Positions 59,719-64,000 of a stretch of DNA of 64,000 bases are shown here, piece after piece (the stretch's first letter is position 1; every line of letters starts with the position of its first letter). Below the pieces are notes generated by a model. The model was not told the DNA's origin, did not search any database, and saw nothing but the letters and a program-made list of their open reading frames with translations. The position numbers and the translations under genes are program-made. The DNA lies in the NCBI RefSeq assembly GCF_963676685.1, contig NC_092351.1, positions 81,530,001 through 81,594,000 on the forward strand. The letters run 5' to 3'. The DNA comes from Mytilus edulis (lineage: Eukaryota).

Positions 59719-62437
59719 TTATGGCACCCTCAACGGAGTTGGGGTGACATATTGTTATTCTACGTTTCTTTTTATGGCACCCTCAACGGAGTTGGGGTGA
59801 CGTATTGTTATTCTACGTTTCTTTTTATGGCACCCTAAACGGAGTTTGGGTGACATATTGTTATTCTACGTTTCTTTTTGTTTTTATTTTTATTATTATT
59901 TTTCTTCCACACATTTTTGTCCAGTCTGGAACTCTAATGTGAATGGACCCAAGAAGATGGAACTATACCATAATGTTAACCACCAGATGAAGATTTGCTT
60001 TTTGGGGGTGGCACTTTCAAGATGGCTGCCGTTACCATGGAAACGGAACAAATGTGAAAAAATCCCGTTTTTTGTTTTGGGGAACTATTTGGATACTATT
60101 TAACTCAGAATCATTATATTTTAATACAATGTAGGTGCCCACTATATACAGGTGTTGGATGATTTTGGCACTCATTGGAACTACTATGTTGCCATGGAAA
60201 CTTCTCCAAAAAATTCAAAAATCTCAAAATGTTCCAAACTTAATGAAACTTCACAGTAACGATGAGCAACATTGGAAGATGTGGAATTTGGCGTTGGAAT
60301 TTCCAAAATCGCTCTTGTTACCATGGAAAAATGCAAAAAGGTCAAAACTTTGAATTTTCACAGAACATTCTAGAACATCAATGTTTAATTTATTCTAGAG
60401 ACATTAAATGGTATATGATTGTGGAGGGAAAAAATTGCAGCGGGGGTTTGACTTTGGAATATTCAAAATGGCCGCCGTTACCATGGAAACAGCAAAAATA
60501 CGAAAAAATTCAAAATGCTTCAAATTTATTGAAACTTATAACAAATGTTGCTCAGCTAATGTAGACTTGACTTTTGAGTTTGGAATTTCCAAAATGGCCG
60601 CCGTTACCATGGCTACCGCTCACCTGGCAATAGGGGAAGGGTGCCATCCGCTATTGCTTGCAATCGCAAATCTAGTTTTTCTTATTATTTTTATTAATCT
60701 TCTTCCACACTTTTTGTCCACGCTAGTTCTCAGAATCTAATAGGTCAATGATGATGGAACTCTACTATAATAAGGACCCCCATATGAAGTTGTGCATCTT
60801 GCTATGGAATGGTTTAAGATGGCCACCGTTTCCATGGAAACAGAACAAATTCCAGTTTTTGGTTTTGGTGAACTGTTTGGATATGCTTTAACTCAGAATC
60901 ATTATATTTTAATACAATGTAGGTGCCCACTATATACAGGTGTTGGGTGATTTTGGCACTCATTGGAACTACTATGTTGCCATGGAAACAACACCAAAAA
61001 TCTCAAAATGCTCCAAACTATCTGAAACTTCACAAAAACGATGAGCAACATTAGAAGATGTGGCATTTGGAGTTGGAATTTCCAAAATAGCTATCGTTAC
61101 CATGGAAACAATGCAAAAAGGTCAAAAATTTCAAAAAAAAATAAAAATGCTGCAAACTGGATGAAACTTGACATAAATGGTCACTGGCATAAACAGATTT
61201 GACTTTTGAAGTTGGAATTTTTCAAATGGCCTCCGTTACCATGGAAACAGAAAAATCGTTCAAAATATCAAAATGCTCCAAACTTAATAAAACTTCACAG
61301 TAACGATTAGCAACATTGGAAGATGTAAATTTTAAAGTTTGAATTTTCAAAATGGCCGCCGTAACCATAGAAACAGCTAAAATATCCAAAATTTCAAAAT
61401 GCTCCCATCTTAATGAAACTTTACAAAAATGATCATTTGAATGTGTAGATGCACTCTTTGACTTTGGAATCTTCTAGATTGTTGCCGCTCGCCTATCAAT
61501 AGGGGAAGGGTGCCATCCGCTATTGCTTGCAATGGCAAATCTAGTTTTTCTTATTTTTCTTCCACACATTTTGTCCGCGCGAGTTCTTGGAATCCTAGCG
61601 ACCAATGTTGATGGAACTCTACTATAATGAGGACCACCATCTGAAGTTGTGCACCTTGCTATGGAATGGTAAAAAATGGCCGCCGTTTCCATGGAAACGG
61701 CACAAATGCGAAAAAAATCAAAGTGGTCCAAACAGGAAGAAACTCCTCAGGAATGTTAACTAGCATGTGCTGATTTCCAGTTTGACTTTGGAATTTTCAA
61801 AATGGCTGCCGTTACCATGGAAACAGCTAAAATATCAAAAATTCTAACTCTTTCGTTATAAGATCCAACTGGATGAAACTTTATGAAAATGTTCTCCAGT
61901 ATGCCAAGTTGTCAAGACAATATTTGGATAGTTCAAAATGGCCGACGTTGTCATGGAAACTGGGGCCAAGTTTTGCATTGACCCTATGGAAAAATGCATA
62001 AAATCAGCATTTTCTCAAAGAGCAGTGCACCAAAGTAAATGAAACTGTATTGATATATAACATGACATGTGACAATGAGATGTCTGCTTTTAGAATTTTG
62101 GAATTATCTACTGTAACCATGGTTGCAGCACAAATGTTCAAAATTTCCAAAAAAAATTAAGTGCTGCAAACTGGATGAAACTTTACAGGAATAGTGACTG
62201 ACATGTGCGGAGCTGCATTTTGAAGTTGGAATTTCCAAAATGGCCGCCGTAACCATGGAAACAGCAAAATTGTCCAAAATTTCAAAATGCTCCAAACTTA
62301 ATGAAATTTTGCAAAAATGATAACTTGCAGGTGTAGATGCACTCTTTGACTTCGGAATTTCCAAAATGGCTGCCGCTCGCCTGGCAATGGGCGAACGAGG
62401 GTGCCATCCGTTATTGCTAGCAATTACAAATCTAGTT
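59719..62437 (+). mobile_element. Tandem array of Helentron/HINE-like elements (three 5' heads, three bodies with 3' ends)
   Basis: 53-bp heads with atggcaccct + stem-loop x3; bodies rich in ccgttaccatggaaac; 3' ends agggtgccat + hairpin + ctag at 60672, 61541 and 62432. Confidence 0.8.
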
Positions 62438-62439
62438 GT

Positions 62440-64000
62440 TATTCTTCTTCTTCCTCTTCTTCCTCTTCTTCTTCCGCCACTTTAAAAATGAACTTGTCCG
62501 CAGCATTTCTCCAAAACTACTTGTCAGATTTACTTAGGGTTTCATAAAATGTTAGACTAATATGTCTAGGTGAGCCATCAATCGCTCATTTGTGCATTGG
62601 GGTCTATAAAGGGGTATTTTGGGGGGCAGACAAAAGAGAGGGGTTTACTATAGAACCCTATGGGATTTTATTTTCTAAAATTTTCAAATGAATATAACTT
62701 GAAAACTGTAAGTGATAGATACATGCAGTCTTCAGAAATGATTAAAGGACAATAAAACAAATCACATGAAATATAGGGGACTCCCTGGGGGGTCATCCCT
62801 ACCCCCTTCAATTCGAGAATATGCTTTTAACTTGTAAACGGTCCAGATCCCCACCCCTAAACCATGTATATTCTTGTATGGGACAATAAAACTAATCAAA
62901 TGAAATTAAATAAAAGTTCCTGGGGGTCACCCCACCCCGTTCAATTTGAGAATGTACTATTATCTTGTAAACGGTCCAGATCCCCACCCCTAAACCATAT
63001 ATGTTCTTGAATAGGACGATAAAACCAATCAAATGAAATTAAATGGAAGTTCCCGGGGGTCATCCCCACCCCGTTCAATTTTAGAATGTGCTATTATCTT
63101 GTAAACGGTCCAGATCATCACCCCAAAACCATATATATTCTTGTAGGGGACAATAAAACTAATCAAATGAAATTAAATGGAAAATCCTGGGGGTCACCCC
63201 CATCCCGTTCAATTTGAGAATGTACTATTATCTTGTAAATGGTCCAGATCCCCACCCCTAAACCATATATTTTCTTGTAGGGGACAATAAAACAAATGAA
63301 ATGAAATAAAAGGAAAGTCCCTAGGGGGTCACCCCACCCCCTCTTGTTTGAAAACTTATAAACGGTCAACATCCCCACGCCGAAACTATATATATTCTTG
63401 TAAGGGACAATAAACTAATCAAATGAAATTAAATGGAAGTTCTTGGGGGTCACCCCCACCCCGTTCAATTTGAGAATGTACTATTATCTTGTAAATGGTC
63501 CAGATCCCCACCCCTAAACCATATATATTCTTGTAGGGGACAATAAAACAAATGAAATGAAATAAAAGGAAAGTCCCTAGGGGGTCAGCCCACCCCCTCT
63601 TGTTTGAAAACTTGTAAACGGTCAACATCCCCACCCCTAAACTATATATATTCTTGTAAGAGACAATAAAACTAATCAAATGAAATTAAATGGAAGTTCC
63701 TTGGGGTCACCCCACCCCGTTCAATTTGAGAATGTACTATTATCTTGTAAATGGTCCAGATCCCCACCCATAAACCATATATAATCTTGTAGGGGACAAT
63801 AAAACAAATAAAATGAGATAAAAGGGAAGTCCTGAGGGGGTCATCCCACCCCTCTTGTTTGAAAACTTGTAGACGGTTAACATCCCCACCCCTAAACCAT
63901 ATATATTCTTGTAGGGGACAATAAAAAAATAAACTGAAATGTAGGTAAAGTCCCTGGGGGTCACCACCACCCCTCCTGTTTGAATACTTGTAAATGGTGG
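62440..64000 (+). repeat. (CTT)n-headed element body with ~134/122-bp satellite forming a 256-bp dimer; runs off the window end
   Basis: A-type units at 62807, 62940, 63074, 63208, 63464, 63720; B-type units (ctcttgtttgaaaac) at ~63341, 63598, 63852, 63973. Confidence 0.85.

Noticed and set aside
59719-59880. CRISPR-like repeats with hairpins
   Set aside because: Contiguous 53-bp tandem copies with no unique spacers, eukaryotic context and no cas genes.

Overview
AT-rich, intron-containing eukaryotic DNA. The repeat landscape resembles a bivalve mollusc, probably Mytilus-like; this is inferred from repeat families, not proven. Three well-supported spliced genes were reconstructed by hand with GT-AG boundaries and consistent phases: (1) a 2-coding-exon Gfo/Idh/MocA NAD(P)-oxidoreductase of the fungal-type ox_reductase_C kind (- strand, 7618-9578); (2) LRRC51 (+, 15306-21634, 5 exons); (3) a 14-exon type I membrane protein with four CUB domains (-, 27985-39241). 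A speculative partial gene lies at the left edge. The rest is mostly transposons: Nin/Deu-core tRNA SINEs, many MITEs, Helentron-like HINEs with internal satellites, palindromic elements and two Penelope-like retroelements (PLEs). One PLE (RT + C-terminal GIY-YIG, 45244-48845) has an inverted pLTR, a hammerhead-like core and a nested MITE. The other (Naiad-type RT, 55925-58320) is the standout. Its otherwise intact ~585-codon frame has one in-frame TGA at a position that is normally Cys, and a type 2 SECIS-like hairpin lies just after the stop, consistent with a selenocysteine-encoding retrotransposon. Its 3' UTR also carries a four-way-junction/pseudoknot RNA motif that recurs, with altered but still paired stems, in several non-autonomous repeat families in the window. 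There is a 132-nt assembly gap at 10842-10973.
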